A DNA stretch of 54,469 nt from a bacterium (GCA_005239955.1 SBAW01000040.1:1-54469), one strand, 5' to 3'. Numbered from the stretch's first letter, positions 40,711-48,735 are shown. Notes: generated by a model not told the origin, from the sequence alone. Translations and numbers: made by a program.

Positions 40711-41304
40711 TTTTATATTGAATTTCCGACGAAAGGATATGTCCTGCCCTCCTATTGAGTCAGCAACAACAAGTCGCAACTGATTTTCGCTGAGATGGAA
40801 AAATTCTTTGAGTAATTCGAGTTCTTTAGTGCAATCATGAGGATATACCCATGCACTTTTTTGAAGTTGTGCAAAACCCAATCGTTTCAAGAAGGATCTG
40901 AACGCGTCGCGTTTTTGCCGCTCTGATGCCGGGACATCAAACATTACAATTCGCCATTTTTTATCCCAGTGAATTTTTTTCTTCATTTGTAATTGACGCA
41001 GTTGCTGGAAACGTTGATAGGATTCTGCGCGATATTTTCCTTTCCGGGTTAATGTAATGGTCGTGTTTCCTTTGTCGCGCTTAATTGAAATAAGGTTTTT
41101 CGAACGGAGATAGTGCCAAGATGCTTGAATACGCTGCGGCTTGGTTTCTTTTTGCATGGCAACAGCGACCGCAACGGCAGCTGCTCCCAAGGCAGGAGCA
41201 GCTATTACAAGGCCGACAAGTCCCGCATCAAGAAGGAGCACTAACATTTCATTTGAGCCAGAACGCCGAAGGTGTTTGTGTAAGAAAACCTTGAAATTGC
41301 TCAT
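40705..41304 (-). CDS. Membrane-anchored PaaX-like regulator (winged-helix plus Cas2/VapD-like ferredoxin-fold domain)
   Basis: TM segment LLLDAGLVGLVIAAPALGAAAVAVAV, winged-helix-like LRSKNLISIKRDKGNTTITLTRKG, and WDKKWRIVMFDVPASERQKRDAFRSFLKRLGFAQLQKSAWVYP, which resembles the PaaX/Cas2-type core from memory. Confidence 0.68.
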   Translation of the reverse strand: MSNFKVFLHKHLRRSGSNEMLVLLLDAGLVGLVIAAPALGAAAVAVAVAMQKETKPQRIQASWHYLRSKNLISIKRDKGNTTITLTRKGKYRAESYQRFQQLRQLQMKKKIHWDKKWRIVMFDVPASERQKRDAFRSFLKRLGFAQLQKSAWVYPHDCTKELELLKEFFHLSENQLRLVVADSIGGQDISFRRKFNIKI

Positions 41305-41306
41305 AC

Positions 41307-41338
41307 TATAATTATTTCACCATGGTGAAATAATTATA
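41307..41338. repeat. 32-bp perfect palindrome TATAATTATTTCACCA|TGGTGAAATAATTATA (family 1, copy 3)
   Basis: 16 of 16 pairs around the centre at 41322/41323. It lies 3 nt upstream of the PaaX-like ATG and downstream of the 41400..43226 gene. Confidence 0.95.
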
Positions 41339-41399
41339 TACTGATAGTGAGCAACCAAACCCCCGCTTTCAAGGCGGGGTGTTGGTGTATGCATGCTGC

Positions 41400-43226
41400 T
41401 TAGATGCTGCGGTGGATTTGCGACTGAATGAAGTCATCCATGTACGCACGTGGTGCTGGTTCGTTCACCCGATCCTTCTCCATTTCTTTTTTCTCTCCCG
41501 GGACTGTTGCGTAAGCAAACGTAGGCTGTGCCGCCACGGGACTCATTTGCGTACCGGGGTTTTTTTGAAGCACATCAAGGGCACGCGTTACCGCGAGCTT
41601 AAGTCCCGTCGCCGGCGAGGAGTAGACTTGATCGATACCGGAAACGAGCGCATTTACCAAGCCTTCGATTTCTTTCACACCAAGGTGTGCCACCTTTTCG
41701 AGTGTGTAGGCTTCCGGCGCCTCACCTCCCTCAACACGGCAACGGTATGCCTTATCAAGTTCGCAGACCGCTTTCGTAAGGAAGTCGCTCGCTTTTTCAT
41801 TGCCTTCGGCCGCAAGGGTGCGGAGGAATGAAAACACTTTCGTCTTCTCGCCGTCAGTGAGCCATCCGATAAAGAGGGGTACGGTATTTACGTTCCCAGC
41901 AAAGAGAAGATCGTGGACCTTTTCCTGATTGAGGAGCACCCAGCCATCCTCTTTCGGATACTTCGTCTTCGCCGCAGCCGTGACGGTCTGGAGCATTTTT
42001 ACCGAAGTCTCGGGATTATGTGCCGCGGCAGCAGAAATAAGTTTGATGCCATCGCGCGAGATCATGACTTGGTTATCATGCGCCGTACGCTCAAGAGTTT
42101 TCTCAAGATCGCTTATCGGAATAGCGAGGTGAGTAGGCTTACTTTCTTTGTGAGAAGGCGCCGGTGCGACTTCAGGCGCAATTGCAGGAGCTGCGGTAGT
42201 GGCAGCAGGAATATACGTTTCTTTTGCTTCTTGCATTGCGGCCGCACGAACAAAGTACGGTACTGACTCTTCAGTTGGAGAAGGTGCAACGGTGCGTTCA
42301 TGAAGGATGCGAGGCTCCGGAGCGCTATAGCGAATTGAAAGTGGGTTCGAAGTGACGCTGCCGGCGACACCAAGTGCAGCGCCAAAAAGTGACGCGAAGC
42401 CTGCGAAGAGTTTGATGCCGAGTTTCTTTACGACAAGAAGATAAGAAAGGCCCGCGCTCCAAAGGGTAAGGAGCGTCCAGAAAATACCCTTTTCAATAGG
42501 GCCGCCGTCAAAACCAGTGTAGGGAATTTGCGAGAGGTAGACGAACGCAAGCGGTTGCTCGCCCGGCTTCTGGAAGAGGACCACGCGCGGCGGATTTACT
42601 CCCCCGTCGCCACCCCCGTCTCCGCCGGAGTCGCCCGGCGAGTCGCCGGTATCGCCGACATCGCCCGTATCACCAACGTCGCCGACGTCTCCTACGTCAC
42701 CCACATCTCCAACATCGCCCACGTCACCGACGTCACCAACATCGCCGACATCGCCAACATCTCCGACGTCACCGACAGAATCTCCACCGTCCCCAATAAC
42801 ATCACCTCCATCGCCAACGTCGCCGCCGGTACCTCCATCGCCAACGTCGCCGCCGGTACCTCCATCGCCGACATCTCCCCCAGTGCCACCGTCGCCGGAA
42901 TCACCTCCGGTTCCACCATCTCCTGCATCACCTCCAGTACCACCATCGCCAGCGTCGCCACCAGAGCCGCCATCACCGCCGTCACCGCCAGAGCCGCCAT
43001 CACCGCCGTCACCGCCAGAGCCGCCGTCGCCATCACCGTCGCCATACACTGGCGTAAGGCCGAAATGGAGCGCACGATGATTACCACCGGAAACTTTGTA
43101 GTCTACCTGCGTATAAAAAACCGCCATTGCCACCATAACAAACGAAATAAAAGCACTCGCGGTTATGCGAATGGCTTTCTTAAGCGTTGCTTCAATTTTG
43201 TTTGTCATTGTGTTGTTTTGTTCCAT
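41400..43226 (-). CDS. Membrane protein with a ~146-aa Gly-Asp repeat region (nonapeptide GDGGTGGDx and tripeptide GDV repeats)
   Basis: 608-aa ORF with an N-terminal TM (AFISFVMVAMAVFY), the repeat region at aa 62-207, two further hydrophobic segments, and an unrecognised C-terminal domain. AGGAA lies 6 nt upstream of the ATG. Confidence 0.75.
   Translation of the reverse strand: MEQNNTMTNKIEATLKKAIRITASAFISFVMVAMAVFYTQVDYKVSGGNHRALHFGLTPVYGDGDGDGGSGGDGGDGGSGGDGGDGGSGGDAGDGGTGGDAGDGGTGGDSGDGGTGGDVGDGGTGGDVGDGGTGGDVGDGGDVIGDGGDSVGDVGDVGDVGDVGDVGDVGDVGDVGDVGDVGDVGDTGDVGDTGDSPGDSGGDGGGDGGVNPPRVVLFQKPGEQPLAFVYLSQIPYTGFDGGPIEKGIFWTLLTLWSAGLSYLLVVKKLGIKLFAGFASLFGAALGVAGSVTSNPLSIRYSAPEPRILHERTVAPSPTEESVPYFVRAAAMQEAKETYIPAATTAAPAIAPEVAPAPSHKESKPTHLAIPISDLEKTLERTAHDNQVMISRDGIKLISAAAAHNPETSVKMLQTVTAAAKTKYPKEDGWVLLNQEKVHDLLFAGNVNTVPLFIGWLTDGEKTKVFSFLRTLAAEGNEKASDFLTKAVCELDKAYRCRVEGGEAPEAYTLEKVAHLGVKEIEGLVNALVSGIDQVYSSPATGLKLAVTRALDVLQKNPGTQMSPVAAQPTFAYATVPGEKKEMEKDRVNEPAPRAYMDDFIQSQIHRSI
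42606..43043 (-). repeat. Coding tandem repeats with 27-nt period (GDGG[ST]GGD[AGSV]) and 9-nt period (GDV, about 11 copies, plus GDT variants)
   Basis: Derived from the translated sequence. The long antisense ORFs here (42528..43238 and others) are repeat shadows. Confidence 0.85.
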
Positions 43227-43355
43227 TGTTTTTCCTGATTCCTGATTGATGAAGATTAGTCCAGGGTACAGTGCGCTTTCTTGTTGCGCACCGTACCCCG
43301 AACCTTAGTTGCCTGCAAGGATCTTGTTCGCCTTGCAAGCGGAGTTGTGCCGCCG

Positions 43356-44240
43356 CTACGGGTGGGCCGCGTGCTGCCGGCTGGTGCATCCCGTCCATTC
43401 CGACGGGTAGAACCAGACCTCGCGACGGTTCGTCGTCTGCCCCAAGGGAGGCGAAACGAACGCTGCGGGATACACGACAACCAGCAGATGGCCGCTGGCG
43501 ACTTTCGTCTCGCCGCCCGGAAGCTCGATCGAGCCCCGGCCGGTGATGGGGAAGGTTCCGACCAGCTCGCGCTGGCGGACATCCTTCCCTTTCTGCCAGA
43601 AGACCTGCACGAGGGTCTCCGCCCTTGACCACAGGTTGGCCTGGCCGCCACGGGCCATCTGGCCCAAGGCCTTGCCGACCTCCCGCGAGAACGAGCGGTT
43701 GCGGTCGGTCGTCGTCGTAATGGCGCCGCGGTTCAATTCGAACCCGGTGATCTCCGCCGTAAGCCGCTGATAGTCCGGCGGCATCCGGCGGACGTCATAG
43801 ATGTTGACCTCCATGACGCTGCCGTTGGGGCAGGTCCCGGCATCGGCCATCGGCGGCTGCGCCGGCAGCTCCTCAGCCTTCGGCTTCGGCGCCGGGGGCG
43901 GCACCTTGCATTCGGGCCGCTTCCAGGACTCGCCATCCTCCTCGACCGCCAAGTAGTAGCGGCCGGGGATGGCGTTGCCGTCTTTGCCGACGCAGGCGCG
44001 GCGCTTGGCGAGCTTCCCGCACCAGCGGTCGAGGATTTCCTCCCACGTGTCGCCGGCGGCGACACGGATGCGGAGGGGCTTGCCGGCGAGGCGCTCGCTG
44101 CCCGGCGGGCAAACGAACGGAATCTCGCCGCTCACCCCGACCTTGCAGGTGATGCAATCGGGGCGGCTCGTCTGCGCCATGGCGGAACCCGTGAGGGCCG
44201 CCATGGCGAGGATCGTGAGTGCGAGTGCCATGATTCGCAT
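43356..44240 (-). CDS. Secreted hypothetical protein, 294 aa, Cys-rich N-terminal part and Pro-rich linker
   Basis: The ATG at 44240 is preceded by GAGGAGACCGCC. The signal-peptide-like sequence is MRIMALALTILAMAALTGSAMAQ. The segment is very GC-rich. The ORF track extends to 44375. Confidence 0.6.
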   Translation of the reverse strand: MRIMALALTILAMAALTGSAMAQTSRPDCITCKVGVSGEIPFVCPPGSERLAGKPLRIRVAAGDTWEEILDRWCGKLAKRRACVGKDGNAIPGRYYLAVEEDGESWKRPECKVPPPAPKPKAEELPAQPPMADAGTCPNGSVMEVNIYDVRRMPPDYQRLTAEITGFELNRGAITTTTDRNRSFSREVGKALGQMARGGQANLWSRAETLVQVFWQKGKDVRQRELVGTFPITGRGSIELPGGETKVASGHLLVVVYPAAFVSPPLGQTTNRREVWFYPSEWTGCTSRQHAAHP

Positions 44241-44397
44241 GGCGGTCTCCTCTTGATTGAGCGCCGCACGCGCTCGGTTGATGATTGGAAAGATCGTTAC
44301 TGTCGGTATGCGGAACGACAGCCTCACAATTGCTTGGGAGGTAGTTATGCTCGATTCAGTCTTTATCGAGAACACCTATCTCCCAACAAACGTCTGA

Positions 44398-44428
44398 TGT
44401 AACTACTGCGATATATCGCAGCAGTTAC
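44398..44428. other. Imperfect hairpin with the perfect 16-bp palindromic core CTGCGATA|TATCGCAG, downstream of the sortase gene
   Basis: The core 44406-44421 is perfect. The outer AACT/AGTT and GT/AC pairs carry a mismatch and a bulge. Confidence 0.7.
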
Positions 44429-44431
44429 TAT

Positions 44432-45070
44432 TTACAAAGAACGACTCCCAACGTACATCGCTTCGACGACGAAGCGTTCAGACTTCGCCCCAAAGGAATT
44501 GCACGTTGAAAGGGTGAGCTTCCTTGTCCCAGGGGTAAGATCGATGACCGCATCTCCACTATCTATAAGCCCGACGCTCGTTACCTGGTAGCGGTACTCT
44601 ATTGAATCGGACTGTACCTGAATTACGTCCCCAATGGCAAGCTTCTGGATGTCGTTGAATGCTTTGTAGTTGCTGTTGTAAACAAACGGCAGGTAGCTTG
44701 AATGGCCAAAGAGAAGCATATTCGCGTCCTCTCCCAAAAGCGCAGACCCCGGATAGCGCACCACACCTTTAAGGAGCGCGCTATCGAGCGTTTGGATATC
44801 AGAGCGCTCGGGGTTGAGGATCTCCTCATTGAGGCCAATTTTCTCGGCAATCACCCGTACCGGCTCCGTGGTCATTTCCACCGACGGACCCGAGGTCTCC
44901 GGGGACTGCGTCTCCGCAACGTCGGTTGAAGCGCTTGAAGGGCTCGGCGTAAGGCCGATGACATCAAGGAGCGCAAACGACACAAAGAAAACGACCAAAA
45001 AGGTCACCACAAAGGCGCCCCAGGACGTTCGTGCCCTCGCACTCATGTGCGTTTCATGCAGTTCGTTCAT
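44432..45070 (-). CDS. Sortase-family transpeptidase
   Basis: N-terminal TM (FVVTFLVVFFVSFALL), catalytic His in LLFGHSS and Cys in KLTLSTCN (TLxTC). Confidence 0.8.
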   Translation of the reverse strand: MNELHETHMSARARTSWGAFVVTFLVVFFVSFALLDVIGLTPSPSSASTDVAETQSPETSGPSVEMTTEPVRVIAEKIGLNEEILNPERSDIQTLDSALLKGVVRYPGSALLGEDANMLLFGHSSYLPFVYNSNYKAFNDIQKLAIGDVIQVQSDSIEYRYQVTSVGLIDSGDAVIDLTPGTRKLTLSTCNSFGAKSERFVVEAMYVGSRSL

Positions 45071-45178
45071 AGTTGGTTGTCAGCGAGCGGAGTATTTCCG
45101 CGGTAAATATATACATTAAAAGACTTAATTTGTCAATGCTTGACCTTGTCGCGGTTTTTATGAGCTATTTTGAGCCTA

Positions 45179-45207
45179 TTGACAGGATTTATAAGCTATG
45201 GTAAATA
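45179..45207 (+). promoter_or_regulatory. Promoter TTGACA-N17-TAAATA, 7 nt upstream of the 45215 ATG
   Basis: TTGACAggatttataagctatggTAAATActagcgcATG. Confidence 0.62.
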
Positions 45208-45214
45208 CTAGCGC

Positions 45215-46255
45215 ATGGAGAATAAAGAGAAAGTGAAAAAAACCGCTATAAAAGCCCTTGCCATTGTGGGGCTTGTGGCAATTCTCATCCTCGGATTCTG
45301 GGGGGTTATCCGCGTTGCGAGCCTTGTTCCTGGCATTGGGAATGCCCTTGCCGCAGTTGGCGCTTCCCTCTCCTCTATTTTTGTACCTGCTGAGCGTCTT
45401 GAGATCACCCTCTCTTCCGCGAACGTTCGCTCCGGCGAGCCATTTGCCGTTACGTGGGATCACATCAATAAGCGCGGTGAGGGTTCCTACACGCTTTCCT
45501 ATGCCTGCCGCAGCGGATTTTCTATGCAGTCCATTAATTCCACGGGGACGTATCAAAACGCGCCGTGTGAGACGCCGTTTAACTACACAAATTCGCAAAC
45601 GGAGATCCGTGTCATTCCGCACTCGCTTATGGTCCGCTTCCTCGATGTACCGATCACCCTTTCCTACACGCGCTCAGGGCAAGAGAACCCTTCCGCGGTA
45701 ACGGACACCGCCATTACGGTTGAAAATACTTCAGCTTCTCCTGCTCCGACTCCGACACCTGCTCCAACGCCCTCGCCGACCCCCCGCCCGACACCAACTC
45801 CGACCCCAACTCCTGGTCCCCGCTCTGACCAAAGCTACCGATTTGTGGGTAGCGGCCAGGCGTCAGATCCGTTTGGTACGCCCGACCTTGAGGTAGTGAT
45901 TACTGGTATTGGAGTTCTTGATAAAAACACGAACGTCTTTACGCCAACACAGACGGTTGTTGCCGGTCAGCGCGCCGCAGTACAATTCAGCGTCATAAAC
46001 CGCGGCACCAAGACCTCCGATGGGTGGAGCTTCAATGCATCCTTGCCGACGAATCCGTTCCATATCTTCCATTCGGACGGTCAGCGCCCGCTTGGTCCTG
46101 GAGATCGTATTGACTACACGATTGGCTTTGACGAGGTTGATTCACGCGCAACGAACGGGATTTTCACAGTCAACATTGACCCGGGAAACAGTGTCCGCGA
46201 AATCCGCGAGGACAATAATATTGCCAAGATCCGCTTCACAATCATCATCCCCTAA
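45215..46255 (+). CDS. Membrane-anchored surface protein with a Thr/Pro linker and a C-terminal CARDB-like domain
   Basis: N-terminal TM (ALAIVGLVAILILGFW), linker PAPTPTPAPTPSPTPRPTPTPTPTPGP, and a CARDB-like pattern PDLEV...VINRG...LGPGD...EIREDNN. There is no LPXTG motif. Confidence 0.78.
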   Translation: MENKEKVKKTAIKALAIVGLVAILILGFWGVIRVASLVPGIGNALAAVGASLSSIFVPAERLEITLSSANVRSGEPFAVTWDHINKRGEGSYTLSYACRSGFSMQSINSTGTYQNAPCETPFNYTNSQTEIRVIPHSLMVRFLDVPITLSYTRSGQENPSAVTDTAITVENTSASPAPTPTPAPTPSPTPRPTPTPTPTPGPRSDQSYRFVGSGQASDPFGTPDLEVVITGIGVLDKNTNVFTPTQTVVAGQRAAVQFSVINRGTKTSDGWSFNASLPTNPFHIFHSDGQRPLGPGDRIDYTIGFDEVDSRATNGIFTVNIDPGNSVREIREDNNIAKIRFTIIIP

Positions 46256-46258
46256 AAA

Positions 46259-46415
46259 GCCGCTCGGTTCTGGGGTTCAAAGCGCACGCATATTTCGCAG
46301 CTGCGAAATTGCTCCGCTCGACTACCCGTCTGCGCAAGGCGTTTGAACCCCAAGCCTCGCTTGGGTGTGAAGACCAGGAACAAAACCATTTGTAACCTTC
46401 CCTCAAGAGAGCGGT
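46259..46415 (+). ncRNA. Candidate structured RNA or structured 3' UTR (nested helices), family unknown
   Basis: P1 is 46259-46265/46409-46415, P2 is 46266-46273/46374-46381, and P3 is GGGGTTCAAA/TTTGAACCCC at 46272-46281/46342-46351. There is an 18-nt palindromic hairpin at 46292-46309 and a hairpin at 46350-46364. A plus-strand terminator follows. Confidence 0.4.
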
Positions 46416-46444
46416 TATAGAGAGTGCTAATGCTCAGACTCATA

Positions 46445-46488
46445 CCACCAACCCCCGGCCTTTCTCGGCCGGGGGTTGGTGGTTTTTT
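46445..46488 (+). terminator. Strong intrinsic terminator (16-bp stem plus TTTTTT)
   Basis: CCACCAACCCCCGGCC-TTTCTC-GGCCGGGGGTTGGTGG followed by TTTTTT. The U-tract is present only on the plus strand. Confidence 0.85.
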
Positions 46489-46493
46489 GCAGA

Positions 46494-48596
46494 TTAGATG
46501 TCGAGGTTCGCCAGTTTGGCGTTGCTTTGGATGAAGCTTTTGCGGGACGGAACATCGGTGCCCATAAGGATATCGAAGACCTTGTCGGCTTCCTGCGCGT
46601 CCTCGATCATAACTCGCTTTAAGACGCGGCGAGCGGGGTCCATGGTGGTTTCCCAGAGTTCCTCAGCGTTCATCTCACCCAAGCCTTTGTAGCGCTGAAT
46701 CGAGACCTTCGGTGTTTTTGCCGTCCTTCCTGCCTGCGCAGGCAGGCCTTTCTCTGGCGCTTCCTCTTCTGCCTCCGCTACCGGCGCGCTCTCCTCTACT
46801 TCCTCAATCTCTTGGATTTTCTGCGCATCTTTCCCAAGAATTTTATTACGCTCCGCATCCGAGTACGCATACACAATTTCCTTGCCCCGTTTAATTTTAT
46901 AGAGCGGCGGCTGTGCAATGTAGAGGAAGCCGCCATCAACAACCGGCCTAAAGTAGCGGTACATGAGGGTAAGGAGGAGTGTGCGGATGTGGGCACCGTC
47001 AACGTCCGCGTCGGTTGCAATAATGATCTTGTGGTAACGCAGATTCTCGAGGTTAAAGGTATCGCCAATAGCGGTTCCGAGTGCTAACACAAGATTTTTT
47101 ACTTGCTCGGAGGAAAGCATTTTATCAAGGCGCGCGCGTTCTACGTTAAGGATCTTTCCACGAAGTGGAAGGATTGCCTGGGTACGGCGGTCACGGCCTT
47201 GTTTGCTTGAGCCGCCTGCCGAATCTCCCTCAACAACAAAGAGTTCTGATTCTGCCGGGTCTTTGCTTTGGCAGTCAGCAAGTTTCCCCGGTAGCGCGAA
47301 GCCTTCAAGCGCGCCTTTCCGGAGCACTGAATCTTTGGCGGCTTTTGCAGCTTTACGGGCTTTGAGCGCGAGAACAACCTTTCCAATAATGGAGCGCGCC
47401 TCGTCTGGATGCTCCTCAAGAAAGTTCGTAAACGCTTCGCCAAAAACAGTCTCCACTGCGCCACGTGCCTCAACACTTCCGAGCTTTGCTTTTGTCTGAC
47501 CCTCAAACTGAATTTCTTGAAGTTTTACTGAAATAACGGCAGTAAGGCCTTCCAGTACATCCTCACCAGTAAAGGTGTCGTCGCCGTTTTTGACGAGGTC
47601 GTTCTTCTTCCCAAAATTATTTAAGGTACGGGTAAGAGCAGTCTTAAAGCCTGTGATATGCGTACCGCCCTCGCTGTTGTAGGTGTTGTTTGCAAAAGCG
47701 GTAACGCGTGCCGAAATATCGTCAACATATTGAAGCGCCACTTCAACCTGCACTTTGTCAATTTCTTTTTCGACGTAAAAGATATTTTTATGAATGGGCT
47801 TTTGAAATTCGTTGTGGAACTTCACCAAGGATCGAAGCCCTCCTTCAAAGCAAAAGGTCATCGAGGGGACCTCAAGCCCAAGATCGCGAAGGTAAAACGC
47901 AGCGCTGTCTTCGACAAGCTCCGCATCCACCCCGCGCGCATCGAGGATGGTGATACGGAGTGCCTTCACGAGATACGCTTGCTGGCGGAGGTGTGAGACT
48001 ACTTTGTTCCAATCGTATTCAATGGTCGGGAAAATTTGCGGGTCCGCTTCAAACGTCACGATGGTGCCATGAAGTTTTGAGGACCCGATTTTTTTGACGG
48101 CCGCTTTTCGCTTGCCGCGCGCATATTCCTGCATATAAGCCCCACCATCGCGATGGACCTCCACGCGAAGCCACGTTGAAAGGGCGTTAACGACGGAGAC
48201 GCCAACGCCGTGAAGACCACCAGAGACTTTGTAGCCATCCCCACCAAATTTTCCTCCGGCGTGAAGGGTGGTCATCACGGTCTCGAGCGCCGAAACTTTT
48301 GTTTGCTTGTGAACATCAACCGGAATGCCGCGGCCGTTGTCGACCACGCGCACGCGATTCCCCGGAAGGAGTGCGACTTCAATATCGCTCGCAAAACCGC
48401 CCATCGCCTCGTCACGCGAGTTATCAAAGACTTCCCAAATAAGATGGTGAAGTCCTTCGGGACCAGTGGTCCCGATATACATCCCGGGGCGCTTCCGTAC
48501 CGGTTCAAGGCCTTCAAGAACGGTGATCGACTCGGCGCTGTAGGAAGATTTTTTAGGCTCTTTTTCAGCCGCTTTTGCTTTGCTTTTGGTAGCCAT
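46494..48596 (-). CDS. gyrB: DNA gyrase subunit B
   Basis: Motifs LEGLEPVRKRPGMYIG, EGDSAGGS, PLRGKILNVE and YKGLGEMN. An acidic ~45-aa insert precedes the C-terminal motif. Confidence 0.95.
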   Translation of the reverse strand: MATKSKAKAAEKEPKKSSYSAESITVLEGLEPVRKRPGMYIGTTGPEGLHHLIWEVFDNSRDEAMGGFASDIEVALLPGNRVRVVDNGRGIPVDVHKQTKVSALETVMTTLHAGGKFGGDGYKVSGGLHGVGVSVVNALSTWLRVEVHRDGGAYMQEYARGKRKAAVKKIGSSKLHGTIVTFEADPQIFPTIEYDWNKVVSHLRQQAYLVKALRITILDARGVDAELVEDSAAFYLRDLGLEVPSMTFCFEGGLRSLVKFHNEFQKPIHKNIFYVEKEIDKVQVEVALQYVDDISARVTAFANNTYNSEGGTHITGFKTALTRTLNNFGKKNDLVKNGDDTFTGEDVLEGLTAVISVKLQEIQFEGQTKAKLGSVEARGAVETVFGEAFTNFLEEHPDEARSIIGKVVLALKARKAAKAAKDSVLRKGALEGFALPGKLADCQSKDPAESELFVVEGDSAGGSSKQGRDRRTQAILPLRGKILNVERARLDKMLSSEQVKNLVLALGTAIGDTFNLENLRYHKIIIATDADVDGAHIRTLLLTLMYRYFRPVVDGGFLYIAQPPLYKIKRGKEIVYAYSDAERNKILGKDAQKIQEIEEVEESAPVAEAEEEAPEKGLPAQAGRTAKTPKVSIQRYKGLGEMNAEELWETTMDPARRVLKRVMIEDAQEADKVFDILMGTDVPSRKSFIQSNAKLANLDI

Positions 48597-48735
48597 TTAC
48601 GAAAAAAGTGGTCGTTTCCGACTCCTTCAGAATAGCACAAAAAGCCTTGAAATGAAAGGATTTTTTGGCATTTGGCCCTGTGGAAAACTGAGCGTCAAGG
48701 CGCTTAGCCTCAGGGCTTACTGAAGCCCTTTTTCG

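Noticed and set aside
42606-43043. Regular 9-nt and 27-nt periodicity that could superficially suggest a CRISPR-like or satellite array
   Set aside because: The repeats are contiguous with no unique spacers. They lie in frame inside a 608-codon ORF and translate to GDV and GDGGTGGDx units. They are coding tandem repeats, not a CRISPR array.
43192-44375. Multiple overlapping 90-150-aa ORFs on both strands in the GC-rich insert
   Set aside because: High GC suppresses stop codons in all frames. Only the 43356..44240 minus-strand model has an SD, a signal peptide and non-repetitive composition. The others are Arg/Pro/Ala-rich shadows.
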